Shown: positions 51,398 through 63,631, counted from the first letter of the whole stretch. The stretch: 63,631 bases of DNA, filler included, from Choristocarpus tenellus KU-1152 (GCA_964200185.2; 7 parts of 7 records of this genome joined end to end with filler, not necessarily neighbours in it), one strand, 5' to 3'. Program-made: numbers and translations. Notes: generated from the letters alone by a model not told the origin.

Positions 51398-53371
51398 CAT
51401 TGCAGCCCTACAACAAAAAAATATCAAAAAAATATATGTACTGAGGTGCAAAGGTAGGGGCTATATCGGACTTTGCTGCTTCTGACCCCAAATATCTATT
51501 TTGTCCGACATGGCGTGAAATGTGTGTAGTAAGTGGAGGGTGGGTACAAGATGAAAAGGATGAGAAAAAAAAATAGTAGGATCAGAAACATAAGGAGAGG
51601 TGCGATGAAGTAGCCATGAGACAATAGAGACAGTGCACAAATGGAGTGCTACAACAAACCATTCTAAGGTACACCATACAAACACACAATAAACCATTCT
51701 TAAGGTGCACCATACATACACACATTAGACCATTCTAAGGTACACCATACAAACACACAATAAACCATTCTTAAGGTGCACCATACATACACACATTAGA
51801 CCATTCTTAAGGTACACCATACATACACATTATAAGTCATCTAAGGCACACCATACACACACAAAATAACTTATCACATTTTCATCAACTTGTCATCTAT
51901 TCCATACTGTACCTCTATGCTAATAAGAGTTTATTGTACATACTACTACACAGCAGTTCCAGATTACAACCCAATACAGTGCATTTTAACTTAGATGGTT
52001 GGATAGTGTCCACAAGTACTGCCCGAACATAACATTTAAGTCCAAAACTCCGAAAATTGCCCTCTTTTATTTGAAGAAGCTATACTGCATTGCTGTGAGA
52101 AAAAAAAAAGAAAAACTTACAAACAAACAAAAAAACAGCACCTAATCGATGATAACATAGAATTAGAAACCAGGTCGGACTTAGAAATAAAGGATTGGCA
52201 GGTGCAGCACAACCTGAGTTAACAACAACCCATCACTCATCACAGATCAGCACCAGCTAACCAGCAACAACAAGCAAGCACTCAGCAGCAAAACATACAT
52301 AGGGCCCCCTGCACTTTGTCTCCTCTCCTTGCCTTGAAGTCTTCAACCTTGACATCCAGTATACCCGGAGGGGGCCAATTCCCGATACTCGGGCCCGTGT
52401 TGTAGATCAATGCTTCCGGGCTGGTGCCAGTCTGTTCCCTGATGGTTTTCATAGCCGATCGGATAGACTCCTCACTAGTGCAGTCCGCTGTCACCATCAA
52501 ACATGATCCACCGTCAGACTCAATCGCTACTTTGGTCTGAGGCAGAGAGACACCCGGGATACAGGGAACCATGTGGGGGAGGGAGGGAGGGAGGGAGGGG
52601 GGGACGAGCTGCGTGTTCTTGTGCCTTGTGAAGGGGTGATACAGGAATGGTATGGTCGACCAATTACGGTGTGTGGTCATTAGAAAGAATAATGGTGGCC
52701 CAATGAAGTGTAAGACGAGTGGTCTTGTCTGGATTGCAATACGAAACGTACGTACTAATGAAACCGTCATAGTAACGCGTGGATTGCTCAGAAAGAGGAA
52801 GTGAGAGAGGTACTCGCCCTGAACCGTACTTAAGCATGGGAAGATTCTCGTCTAGCTTCTGTCCTAGAACAGATGCATTCTCAGTTGAGTTGCGAACTCA
52901 AAGATGCTATTCACTCCTAAGACTGCTAATTGTACATCACGTCGACCTAGCAGCAGCTCTTATCAAAAAGCCCATCCCCTCTGTATCTTCCCCAGGAAGG
53001 CTTTATTGCCAATTTGTGTTTCCCCCAAACGAAGTACCCTGTACAATATTTTGCATATTAACTGAAAGTCACGATAGTACCAAAATGGAAGCTTCATTAA
53101 CCACGGTGAACCAAGACATATGCTGGATGACGAACGTTTCATGCCCTCTAACTATCAGGATGAACCTGTTGTGCAACCAATGCCACTTGTAGTTGCAAGC
53201 ATGACCACATTGGAAGCACGCAACAGAACTCACCGGTTCAAGAGAGGAGAGCTTCCTAGACACAAGAGCCACATTGTATCCTTCGGACGCAAACTTTTCC
53301 GCGACGCAACCCCCGATTCCTGGCCCAACCCCGAAAACAACAGCCACGGGCTTCTCGCTTGATGACGACAT
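50349..53371 (-). CDS. Short-chain dehydrogenase/reductase (atypical classical SDR), 3' part missing at contig end
   Basis: Exons 53371-53234, 52536-52333 and 50501-50349 are in frame: VAVVFGVGPGIG (Rossmann), VALVSR, ADCT.E, LIYNTG, DFK|VALNVGVTGA...KGTIIFTGATAALRG...LASPK. The second intron uses a GC donor. Confidence 0.9.
50556..50976. repeat. Cluster of three intronic minisatellites (31-bp, 14-bp and 19-bp units)
   Basis: gggcagcaacaacatggttttatccccccaa x~4 (50556-50690); cactaaatacttca x~6 (50725-50819); aggtggggatgctgatatc x~5 (50878-50976). Confidence 0.9.
51366..51397. repeat. (TAAG)8 microsatellite
   Basis: Direct reading. Confidence 0.9.
51655..51865. repeat. ~35-bp minisatellite with alternating (dimeric) variants
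   Basis: ccattct(t)aaggt(a/g)caccataca(a/t)acacaca x~6. Confidence 0.85.
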
Positions 53372-56300
53372 AGCTTCGACTTGGGCTCGATGCACCCGTT
53401 CCGTCCTCTGGTCGAGTTTCAAGCTCGGAATGGAGCCAATGAAAGATGAGGAAGCTCTGGAAGCTTGAGTTCGAAGGTGCCCTGTTTTAGAGGCCTGTGG
53501 ACAGCGATAGACATACCCATAATGGAGGCGATGGCGGCAATGTAGCGGGGCAATAAAATCAGAATTAATGGTGGGTGGGCGGGTAATGTTCCACTTCAAT
53601 ATGAAGACAACGTAGGGTAATGGAGGCGGTCCCGTGCTGTGCGAGATTGAGGTTCGGTAAAGGTGACACGGCTTCTAACAAACTGTAGAAGCGCTCATGA
53701 TCTGCATGTCCGAACACTGTCGGAGTAGGGATCTGGACAAGCAAGGAATCACCAGAACCTTCACACAACAGGGATAAACACACCACGGCGGAGTAGGCGA
53801 ACAACACTGTTTTAGTTGCAACCAGCCAGTAGCCACTGCGAAGCATGTTTCTCCTGTAAGAATCGAGTGCAAAGTTGACCAACAGTGACAAATTGAAGTG
53901 CTCTGAATGAAGATTCCTGAACAAGTCCCTGCAACAGCGTCATTACTGAAAAAATACAAATGATGGAGGTGCTAGACAGCCTGGAGCTGCGTGACAGACT
54001 GCAGCTACGTTTGTACCGCATCTGGACCTATGGTGTAACACAAGTTGAGCTTGGAACAAGCGTGTGCCTTCTTGGCGGCAGTAAAACCAGGCACACGCAT
54101 TCTGCTGGCTCTATGCACTTTCATGCTAACATTTGGATATACAATTCATGGTGTGTGCAAGCCGAGCATCAGTGATGAAGATGAATTCACACCTAGTAGG
54201 GAAGCTATCGTTCAATCCTAATGGCGTTTACTGCGATTCCGAATGAAGAATCCTGGAGACACTAGGTCTTCAGATATGGATGCAGTAACGCCTCTTTGTG
54301 TCACGACGAAACCAAGGTTGCAACACACCTTTCTGCAAAACCTGAGTGCTGCCGGTGTCCTAATACGAGGTAGTGAGCAGTGGAGTGGTTTGTCTCACAG
54401 GAGCACGTCAACCACTATGATGTCTACACAACTCTTTCCAATCTTCACCACCTTGTGGATAGAATGGTGGATATGGTTGGTGTGTGTAGGGATATTTTTG
54501 TGGGACATTTTCTCAGGGACTTTTACTCTTGAGAAGTTGTTGCTCAACTTTTTAATGATCTATGATATTGAACATGATCTGTTCGGACAATTTTTCCCCT
54601 TGTCGGCATTTAAACTTGCCTTTTCCCGACCACGTTTTCCTGACCACCTTTTCCTGACCACCTTTTCCGGACCACCTTTTTTAACCGCTTGCCCAGACTT
54701 TTTGGGGCAATTTAAGACAGTTTCCCTCGTTTTATCACAAATACAATAAAGTTGGATATCATCTCAGTCAGAATCGTTGCCACCCATACACTTACAGTGA
54801 ACCATATTGCGCTCACACTCAGTTAAGTGCACAATTTTGGCAACAATTTATTATTTATCACACACATAGACCACCAATTATAGGGGATATCTATCTCAAC
54901 ACCTTTGGGAAACTTCGGGTGAGAACCACAACCTAATGATACAACATACCATAGCTCCATCGATAGACCAAATCGTCTAACCACAGCTTCAATTTCATTT
55001 TCCAAACGTTCGACTCTGCAAACCCGATCATTGCTTCACAATAAACATTACAATATGGAGACAAGTTCCTTACATACACCAGACCATAATATCCATATCT
55101 CATCCAAAACCAAAACACTGATCCTTCTTCAATTTTATTGGAATTGTATCCTGTCTCACCCTCTCACTCCCTAAACATGCATCTTGGTTGCATCTTAAGA
55201 TAGGATCACTTCACCTATTTGTTATGTATGGTCTGATTCAGTAATATTTTCCGAGGATTGAACCAACGTGTTTGAAGTAGTGGAGTTTTTGAATTCGTCT
55301 TTGTTTCACCCAAGCCAATCAGAAACGTTACTTACTAACATCTATGAGGTGGCATTTCCAAGGATTTTTTTTCAGCAATATACTATTCTGCTAACAGGTC
55401 CAAGACTCCACATCTCCACCAACACGAAGTGCTTCCTGGACTCTAGGGCATCAAACCTGTAAAACAAAATGTTTCCTTCTTCACCAAATTGATGCTCTAG
55501 CCGTTTATGGTCGTGATGATCTCTTGATCTGACACTACATGGTGAATTTCCGTCACCCCTCAGGACTGATTAGACTCTGTGTTGTTTTAGTGGTGGCCAT
55601 ACACCGATAGTCTAAGGCAGGTTCACAAAGTGAAAGATCCTTATCAAGGCCGCCTCAAACAAAGCAAACAAAGATGTGGTCGAAGACAAGAAGGACAAGC
55701 CTGAGGATGCAAAGGAAATGCTCAACCTTCTCTATAGAACGACTCTTCACCTACACCAGACCTAACCGGTATATCCACAATCCCGACAGCTGATTCAGTC
55801 GAAGGTACCCCCTATGAGTTTCACTTGAGCAAGAACGGAAGGGGACGGACTAACCCAGGGATGGGTCCCTATGTGGTCGTACATCAGTAGGGAAATCGGT
55901 TTCGTGGTCCTCGGGGAAATTGGAGAGGGATACGACGCCTTGCTGGAGACTCTAGAGGATATTGCCAGTCAGCATATTCTCAGTGACTTGATCTGTGGCA
56001 ACCTGCATGATTTTGCGGCAGTTGCCTCAATCCTGACAGCTACATTCAACCTGTACTCCTTAGATCAATGCAGCGGGTCACTCTAACCCTACCCTCCCCT
56101 TTTGGTAAACGTTATTTTCTGCAAAAAAATAAATAAATCAAGTGCTTTGAGACAGATAGAGGAGGGAGACAATATGTAGCTGTGTCTGATTGAAGGGAAA
56201 TGAATGTATATTGTGGTCGTTCATTGGCAACCTCCCCAAAATAGTAAACAAACTTTTGATTGATTAGTTTGTCACTCAAATAGGCTAAACCATACTTTAG

Positions 56301-56530
56301 AAGTAAAAGGGAAACTAACTCCCTATCCAGATTTTGAAACATTTCTTTTGGATCCGATCCAGAAGTTTACAACGCAGCAAGGTATATCAAACAGGCAAGA
56401 AAAGGATTCACTTGAGGAATCAATGCCTTGAACATACCTTTCTTACGGTTCCCGAGATCCAATACACTACTTGACAATCTTTCAATAGACCATCACTGAT
56501 ATAGGCTAACTGGTGGTGCACTGGAGCTAT

Positions 56531-56706
56531 GACTCAAACTATCTAGGGGGGGGGGGGGCTAGACCAGGGTGTCCATTTGGGCCCTGACCAGGAAAAGTGC
56601 ACTTATATTATTCATCCGACACATGCAATCCAAATCACCCAAAAATCGCGAGATGGAAAAATGGGCCCCAAATGGACAGTCACCTCCCCTCCAGATACTT
56701 CGAACC
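56531..56706 (-). mobile_element. MITE family A copy (diverged)
   Basis: GACTCAAACTATCTAGGG...AAATGGACAGTCACCTCCCCTCCAGATACTTCGAACC; TSD degenerate. Confidence 0.85.
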
Positions 56707-59222
56707 AATCGATGTTTCGACCACATGTTTCTACTCTACTCTTTGTTTTTTTATTCATCCAAAGCACCATTACCCATGTGTCATATAGAAATGTGCATCA
56801 CCACCATGTTTCTAACCCTAGAAGTTTCACATGCAACAAGAACCTTATTTGTTATACAGTCGCATAGTATATATGTAGTATGTTGGGACCGAAAAATAGC
56901 ATACAACGGATTTCAATAATGGCAACATCTGCCGCTCGCTGTTGATCATAATCTTCCCCACTCCCTCAAACGATGAGCTCAAGGAAGGGCAGCAATGTCA
57001 TGTCTATCGGGAGGATGCAAAAAAAGGATCAATAAGAGTAAGAAGGTGATCAAGAATACAAATGACTTCAAGGGACAGAAAGACTTAAGAAGATGAATAA
57101 ATGGTGCACTGGTAATGAAGACAGCTTGAAGAAAAAAACGGAAAACTGTGCCAAATCCAGATATTGCTTTTATTGGAGCACAGTTGGTTGGCCTCTCATT
57201 AGCAGTTCAGTACAGACGATCCATTACTCTGCTGTTCACTATGTGATTATCTCACTACCTCTTCGTAAAAACAGGGTAGAGCTCTAGCTCTGACACAGTA
57301 CAGTCAGGATAGCATCTAAGGTCGACTTGCCGATTTTTTATCCCCCTCCGCCTTCATCATGATCTGCTTTGAGAAATAGGAGAGTGCAAAATAAGTCACA
57401 AAGGGAAGGACAGGAAAGGTCAGCAATGACAACAGAGGGCAAGTTAATCATGAACTAAATGGAGGGATTGTTGTTAGGGGGGGAGGGGGGTAACAGCAGT
57501 AACCAACCACTACTCAAATACACAAATATATGTTGGTGACCTTTATCTTACTATAAAATGGACAGAATCCCTCCTCGAAGGAGTTTAGACTCACCATGCA
57601 TCAACACCTAAACAAGCACAACAAGTGCAACGAACAACTAAAAAAAACTGAGAATCCCAATGTAGCATCATGGAAGGGCAAAGGATGAAAAGCGACTTCA
57701 CAGATTTTCCAACACTTGTGAAGCAATGCACAGTTGATTCCCACTTGTAACCAATATACACATAACTAATCTGTCTACTCAAGTACTAGTACATACTAGA
57801 CTTAGGACAAGTACACAGAGAGGGGAGGGCCTTTCACTGAGAAGCAAAACAAAAAAGTCAAAAAGAGCCTCGACCGTCTGGAGGTAGAGTCCTTGACCTA
57901 ATCACAATCCACTCCTACAATCAACTCAGTTGCTTATGAGTTCCATTCACAATACGAAAACGATACTAGCTGGAAGTGTATCTAAGGCCAAGCAGCGGCT
58001 AATTGTTACCGTCATCCTACTACCCCATTTAATTCTATCCCTGGAGATATTTGAAGAGGTCGGAAAAGAGAAACAGGTTACATTCTAGTCAAAGTGGATC
58101 CATCTCAAGGGAGTGTCCACCCTGTTGTCATGTAATCTAGGGGCACAGCAATGATCATACCCATCAAGCCAGCTAACCAGTCAGCTACTTAGCCAGCTAA
58201 TCAGGAACACGGACTTTCTTGGTGTCAATAAAGTCCGGCGTCCAACAACCTCACAAAAAAACGAAAAAAGCACCCCCATCCTCTTCGAAAAAAGGTCCTT
58301 GCATTATTTTCTAAAAAAGAGCAGGTCCGCTTTACAACTCTGTTTAATACCATATCCGGACTAAACTGCTTCTGACACACCTCTGCTTACCTCTTCTAGT
58401 CTGATCTGTAGATCCACCTATCATCCACCTGGCAACACAATTGCTAACAAGTTCTATCATACATGAAAAAATAATTGTTGATTACATGATCCCATCCACT
58501 GCTCAGCAAATTTCCGTAGTACATAGGAAACTTCTCCCTACATAGATTAATCTCACGAACCCTTCACTCCATTGCTAATTACCAAGAACATCGGAAGAAG
58601 ATAGATGCTATCGTTTGCAAAACTTCGAATCAAGCTAACCAATCGCACTTCAAGAAGTAAAATCTTTGGCTACCGTCGAATTTTCCGCATCTACCTCCAA
58701 AATGCAGCAGTTTCTTTCATTGTCATCCTGCAAAAAGACTTTTCTTCAAATGGATCAATCACAACCTACCCTTGTGGGGAATGGAAGGGTAAGGAAAAAC
58801 AAAACTAGGCATCACTGTTGCCAGCCATAACCCCACAAGCACACAACAGCACATGAGCACAGGGGAATGTTCTACCCACAGATGGCAACACCAGCACATA
58901 ACAGAACTTTTTTTTTCCAACCTACGAAGCAGATCTCTAACGGTATGTACTCCAGAATAATTAATTCTCCAGAATAATTAACTCTCCGAAAAAAAAAAAA
59001 AGAAACAAAAAGTGACCGTACATCATTTCGAAATGATTCAGAAAAGGTCCCCTGAACAATTTTTTTTCTCAGAAATGGATCAACTCTCTCGTTCAAAAAA
59101 ATTGACCTATTCAAATTCGAAATATCCTTTGGGCATCAATGGTCTCTCTCTCTCTCTCTCTCCTCACATCGCATTACACCAACCCCATAACTCCCTAGCT
59201 CTCTGATTGTTACGAAGAAGAG

Positions 59223-59258
59223 CCCTAACCCTAACCCTAACCTTAACCCTAACCCTAA
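59223..59258. repeat. Interstitial telomeric repeat (CCCTAA)6
   Basis: Direct reading; one variant unit. Confidence 0.92.
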
Positions 59259-60368
59259 GAATCAACCAGGGCTCTTAAGTATCCTGACTTCTGAGAAGCC
59301 CCCTAGCTCAAAACACCTTTAGTGCAGGCGGAAGGTAGTCACAGGGAAGGCAAGATACCCGCAGCAGGAGATCGACCTACCTCGAGATCCCGGACGTCCT
59401 TAACAACAATCTCCATAAGGTGCTCTAGGCCCTGTCTTTGGTTAGCAAGAGCCTGCACAGCTCAATATTGGATCCATTCAAGGGCATTTTGGGACATGAG
59501 GATAAGAGCTACTGTCAGTGAAAATAAAGTAGGGAAGAGATGTCACGCAACATGGAGTGTAAATTTAGAGCCAGTCAGGAGGGGAGAGGGCAACAAAGAA
59601 AAAAAAATGAGCATGGTTCATTGACTGTCCGGTGTGTGCACCCGTAAGCAGCAAGGACAGTTAATCCTCCTCAAAAAAAGGACATAGAAGGAGACACTCT
59701 TGGAAGATGAGGCAACCAAAATAGATGAGTTCAACACTTAACTACCCTGAAGTAAATGCTTCCAGAGCATAGAGTGTCATACACATCTACGAGGGGCATA
59801 AACGAGATTGGAAGCCAACCCTAACCTCTTTCAAGCACACAAAAACGCCTTTAAATGGCAAAAGTGCAACGAGACGCAAGGAAATGCCATTTTGAAACTT
59901 CCTTGCGACAAGAAACTAACAAATTTTAAACACGAAATTTAAACTGTAAAATTGAATTCAAATATTAATTTTAAATTTTAATTTTAAATTAAAAAATTAA
60001 AGTATAAAATACACAAAAAAAAATCAAAGCGTGTGTTCCAGTGTGAAACTGAGAAGAGGCAGCCCCTCAGTGGCCAAACTGCAAAACACAAACCAAAACC
60101 TCAGCATACAAGACAATACTTATGTGAAGCAGGAATGAATACACAAACACATGCAGGCACACAAGGAGACACACACAAGGGCAAGACCCTCAAGAATTCT
60201 CAGACAAGATAGTGTGTTCGAGGGAGGGGCAAGTTAAGAAAGAGCCGTTTCAAAAAGGAAGCACCTTGAACATCCTGGCCAAGGCCTCCGGTTCCGTGAT
60301 CTCTTGGACCTCTTCCATTTGCCGTTCCCCCTGAAAACAGAATGCCACCCCATCAACGCGCAAACCAA

Positions 60369-60379
<11 letters not shown>

Positions 60380-60418
<39 letters not shown>
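60380..60418. repeat. (CAG)13 microsatellite
   Basis: Direct reading, preceded by (CA)n. Confidence 0.92.
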
Positions 60419-60420
<2 letters not shown>

Positions 60421-60648
60421 CACAAAGGCAAAGAAAGCACCACCACAACCATCCCCAGGAAAGGTAAAACAAAGGGAAGGGAAGGAGAGCAACGCCAGAA
60501 CAATACATAGCAAAACAAGGGAAAAAAATAAAAAAAGTGAGATGGGTACAAAGACCAGCCAGTGCTATGAGAGCCAAAAGAATTTAAGTCACTTTGTATT
60601 GGCTGTTGCAGAGTTTTGGCGATCAAGATTGTCAATGACACACCCACG

Positions 60649-60670
60649 AACCCTAACCCTAACCCTAACC
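60649..60670. repeat. Interstitial telomeric repeat (AACCCT), about 3.5 units
   Basis: Direct reading. Confidence 0.88.
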
Positions 60671-60737
60671 ACTATCTAAGGAGCCAGACTGAGCTAACTC
60701 CCCATCCCTGCACATGGTGCCCAACAGTCTCACCACC

Positions 60738-60775
<38 letters not shown>

Positions 60776-60802
60776 ACCAGCCAGAAAAAAACACACAACA
60801 AA

Positions 60803-60902
60803 NNNNNNNNNNNNNNNNNNNNNNNNNNNNNNNNNNNNNNNNNNNNTTAATTAATTAANNNNNNNNNNNNNNNNNNNNNNNNNNNNNNNNNNNNNNNNNN
60901 NN
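60803..60902. other. Artificial assembly linker
   Basis: N44-TTAATTAATTAA-N44. Confidence 0.97.
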
Positions 60903-60994
60903 AAAATAGCAATATTTTACCATTTTCTTGGTGAGTCAAAGATCAGTGCTAAGGAAGGGTGGGAAGCATGTCTTGAGATAAAGGTGATGAACGT

Positions 60995-61182
60995 GGTTCA
61001 AAGTATCTGGGGGGGGGGGGTGGCGGCTGTCCTTTTGAGGCCAATTTTCTCATGTCGCGATTTTGGGGTGATTTGGTTGCATACGTCAGATGGATAATGT
61101 AAATGCAATTTTCCTGATTTTGGTCCAAATGGACACCCTGGTGTAGACCCCACCTCCCCCCTCCCCACAGATACTTCGGGTC
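60995..61182 (+). mobile_element. MITE family A copy (188 bp)
   Basis: GGTTCAAAGTATCTGGG...CAGATACTTCGGGTC; TSD ACGT on both sides. Confidence 0.92.
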
Positions 61183-61674
61183 ACGTTTTTCCTCTTGCAC
61201 GCTCACATTTTCACTTTGCAGAGAGTTTAATGGGCAAACAAATATGTTTTGCTTCCTCTTGGATGTGCAAGCAGTGTGGTCGACAAGGGCATATGCTAGG
61301 AACATTCTTGCCCTCAGTGCTGCAGTTCTCTAATGATACAGTCTTTCGTTTCCACCAATTGTGCCGAGATGAAGCTTATAATTTGCGGTTGGGAATCATT
61401 CGTACCTTTCTTGAAACAGACATCTATTGGACTGAGGTGCGAAATTCAGGGGCAAGTCGGACCCACTTTAAGAACAAACTAGCTAATCTGGAGTAGAGGA
61501 AAGGGAGGTGGGGAGAGGGGGAGGGGGCTGTTTATGGCTAGAGGGTGAATCCTTCCCCCAAAAATTTTAGTGCCATGGTCTCAAGTGTATGAGGATCAGA
61601 AAATTCTTTCCGTCAATGGCGCCATTGCAAGTTCCCCTCTCTTACTGGGTTAAATTCGGCAGGGAATCTATGAT

Positions 61675-63364
61675 TTACGTCAGTCGGATGGTTGCCATGT
61701 GAAGGCTCTGTTCATCTATCCGATGCCTCTCCTTTGTAATTGCTCTCACCTTCTTGCTGCCCTGCCATCCCCCCGAAAGAGTCACAGCCTGAGAAAAGAC
61801 TTCCTTGATCAGTGCTTCATCTTTGGTGTAGGAAACAATGTCATGAAGGTGGAAGAAGTGGGCCAGGTCTAGGCACGACATGCCTCCACCCATTGTAAAA
61901 TAGCTCACACTGGGAGGAGAAAATATGGACAGTCGGCGTACTTGGTGTTGCAGTAGATGTAACTGTCAATTTGAAATCATGCCTACAGCGGATTTGTGCA
62001 CTCCCAGATAAGGTTACTTGTACGTGGACAATCCAAAGGTGTGCTTCAAGTTTCAGGTGTTATTGCGAACACCTTGAGTTCGGAGCTAAAGTAAATGAAA
62101 GGTAACCTATTAATTTTTATTCCACTCTTTTTATATTTCGTAAATCAACCTCATTTCTATGGATAAAGATCTAAGATTGACTTGAAAGGTGCTGATTTCC
62201 TCCATTATTGTTTGAAACATTCCGTGGAGTTCAAAAGCGGCCCTACACGTGTTTGTACAAGAAGAAACGTTTTACTCGTTTGTCAGCATCCTTGAAGTGC
62301 AACCCTGGGTACATCCCATTTACTTTGGCTCTCAACACCATACTCACTATCAATTCAAAGATGACACAATGTACAACCTCCAGGGAAATACTAGATTGTG
62401 TATGATGCATAGTCTTTCTAGTCAATATAGTATTCCCGCAGGGAATACTCAACAGGCTCAGTGACATTAGCGCACACCAGCTTGTAGACCCAAAGTATCT
62501 GGGGGGGGAGGGGGGTCTGCACCTGAGGGTCCATTTGGTTCAAAACCAGGAAAAGTGCACTTTCATTATCCATCCAACGTATGGAACCAAATCACCCAAA
62601 AGTCGCGACATGGAAAAATTGGCCTCAAATGGACAGCCGCCACCCTCCCTAGATACTTTGAGTCTGCAGCAAGTGCAAAGGTGAGCCTCCTTGAGCTGAA
62701 CACACTCCATACCTGCTTCTTCCCATACCTATAGGATGCATGTATATCATTGATCATCGACATATTGCCCAGCATGAGTGCCTTGACTTCTGCCGGACTT
62801 CCCCCATTCACCAAACCTGCAGATAAACACCCCAAGTAGGCATAAGAAGGATCAAGCGAGCAAGATAGAAGAGGACCAACAACTGAGCCATGAAAACCAT
62901 GAACAAAAGCCTCTGCAATTCCTTCGCCTATTCAATGTAGCCTGTGCAAAAATTGGGGGGGTTAGGGAATGTGGTATGAAGGATAACACTATATTTTAAC
63001 AAATATATTTAGATTGTTCAGTGGGTGTCACCCAATACTATCATTCGGGTTTTTGTCCCATTGGATCCCCTATCTTACCCCCAAAGTTGAGTGTCCTCCA
63101 GTCGTGCTCCATTGCAGCCTTGACCTCGCCTACCGTTTCAAGGGGCCCAGAGACAATCATCCCATCAATCTTGACGTCATAGCCCAAACCGTTGTCAAGA
63201 GTGGCCTTGGCAAGCTTCTTTTCCTCCACTGCCAGCTTCTGGCGCATGGATGCTCCTTCCAACCTTGGACAAGGGTTTTCCAAGAAATGATTGACAAATG
63301 GACACACTTGTTGCGAGGGTGGTTGCATCTGAGAGGTGGAGTGTTGTGAACTGTGGCACTTCAA
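61675..63364 (-). pseudogene. Decayed protein-coding-like region of unknown family, interrupted by MITE A
   Basis: Successive minus-strand ORFs. Removing MITE 62487-62664 plus one TSD fuses 62931-62665 in frame with 62482-62243. Confidence 0.4.
62487..62664 (-). mobile_element. MITE family A copy (178 bp)
   Basis: GACCCAAAGTATCTGGG...CTAGATACTTTGAGTC; TSD TGTA/TGCA (one mismatch). Confidence 0.92.
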
Positions 63365-63479
63365 TCAGCTTTAATTCGATCAGTAGAAGTAACTGAATAA
63401 CTGAACTGGAAAAGTTAGTTTATCTGGTTATGTATCAGAGGTCACAGCAGAGCAGCACATTCTTCTTAAGGTGTCTTGT

Positions 63480-63631
63480 GTCTCAATGTATCTAGGGGGG
63501 GTGGCGGCTGTCCATTTGAGGCCAATTTTTTCATGTCGCGATTTTTGGGTGGTTTGGTTCCACACGTTGGATGGATAATGAAAGTGCACTTTTGCCGGTG
63601 TTGGACCAAATGGACCCTCTGGTGTAGACCC
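63480..63631 (+). mobile_element. MITE family A copy, cut by window end
   Basis: GTCTCAATGTATCTAGGGGGGGTGGCGGCTGTCCATTTG...CAAATGGACCCTCTGGTGTAGACCC. Confidence 0.88.

Noticed and set aside
49974-51865. Short tandem arrays as CRISPR arrays
   Set aside because: Units are contiguous with no unique spacers, lie in eukaryotic introns, and no cas-like ORFs are visible. They are minisatellites.
53372-53599. N-terminal extension of the SDR ORF
   Set aside because: The ORF-track start is a non-ATG codon. The first in-frame ATG (53371) lies just before the Rossmann fold, so the extension is probably 5' UTR.
60234-60858. Poly-Ala/Cys/Leu/Pro ORFs
   Set aside because: These are translations of the (CAG)n microsatellite and the poly-C run, with no other coding signal.
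14165-60902. Recurring TTAATTAATTAA palindrome flanked by Ns as a biological motif
   Set aside because: Identical 100-bp construct at six places, so it is an artificial contig linker. Synteny across it is not evidence.
1-63631. Fanzor/TnpB or endogenous giant-virus core genes
   Set aside because: I saw no RuvC plus zinc-finger motif set and no capsid, polB or packaging-ATPase motifs in the listed ORFs or the frames I read by eye. Heavily decayed copies cannot be excluded without a profile search.

Overview
Eukaryotic, repeat-rich genomic DNA. It has spliceosomal GT-AG introns and TTAGGG telomere-type repeats; a stramenopile/brown-alga-like origin is my inference only. The window is a concatenation of seven contigs joined by artificial 100-bp N/TTAATTAATTAA linkers, so adjacency across the linkers is not biological evidence. 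Host genes: a 4-exon B-type cyclin (minus) and a 4-exon GINS subunit Psf2 (plus) arranged head-to-head around a 403-bp spacer carrying clustered MSA/MYB (AACGG) and CHR-like motifs; a tRNA-Arg(ACG); and a 3'-truncated atypical SDR oxidoreductase with a GC-AG intron. Most of the rest is decayed mobile DNA: a near full-length Copia, a Gypsy pol fragment, and CRE-type and Copia-gag fragments. The most coherent unannotated system is a Sola2-like DNA transposon family. It has two decayed, intron-containing transposase genes that share an intron position and a long C-terminal extension with possible Tudor-like modules. Alongside them are two MITE families (about 178 bp x8 and about 258 bp x2) with mostly 4-bp TSDs and shared end motifs. 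Short interstitial telomeric tracts are frequent, and one replaces part of the Copia RT.
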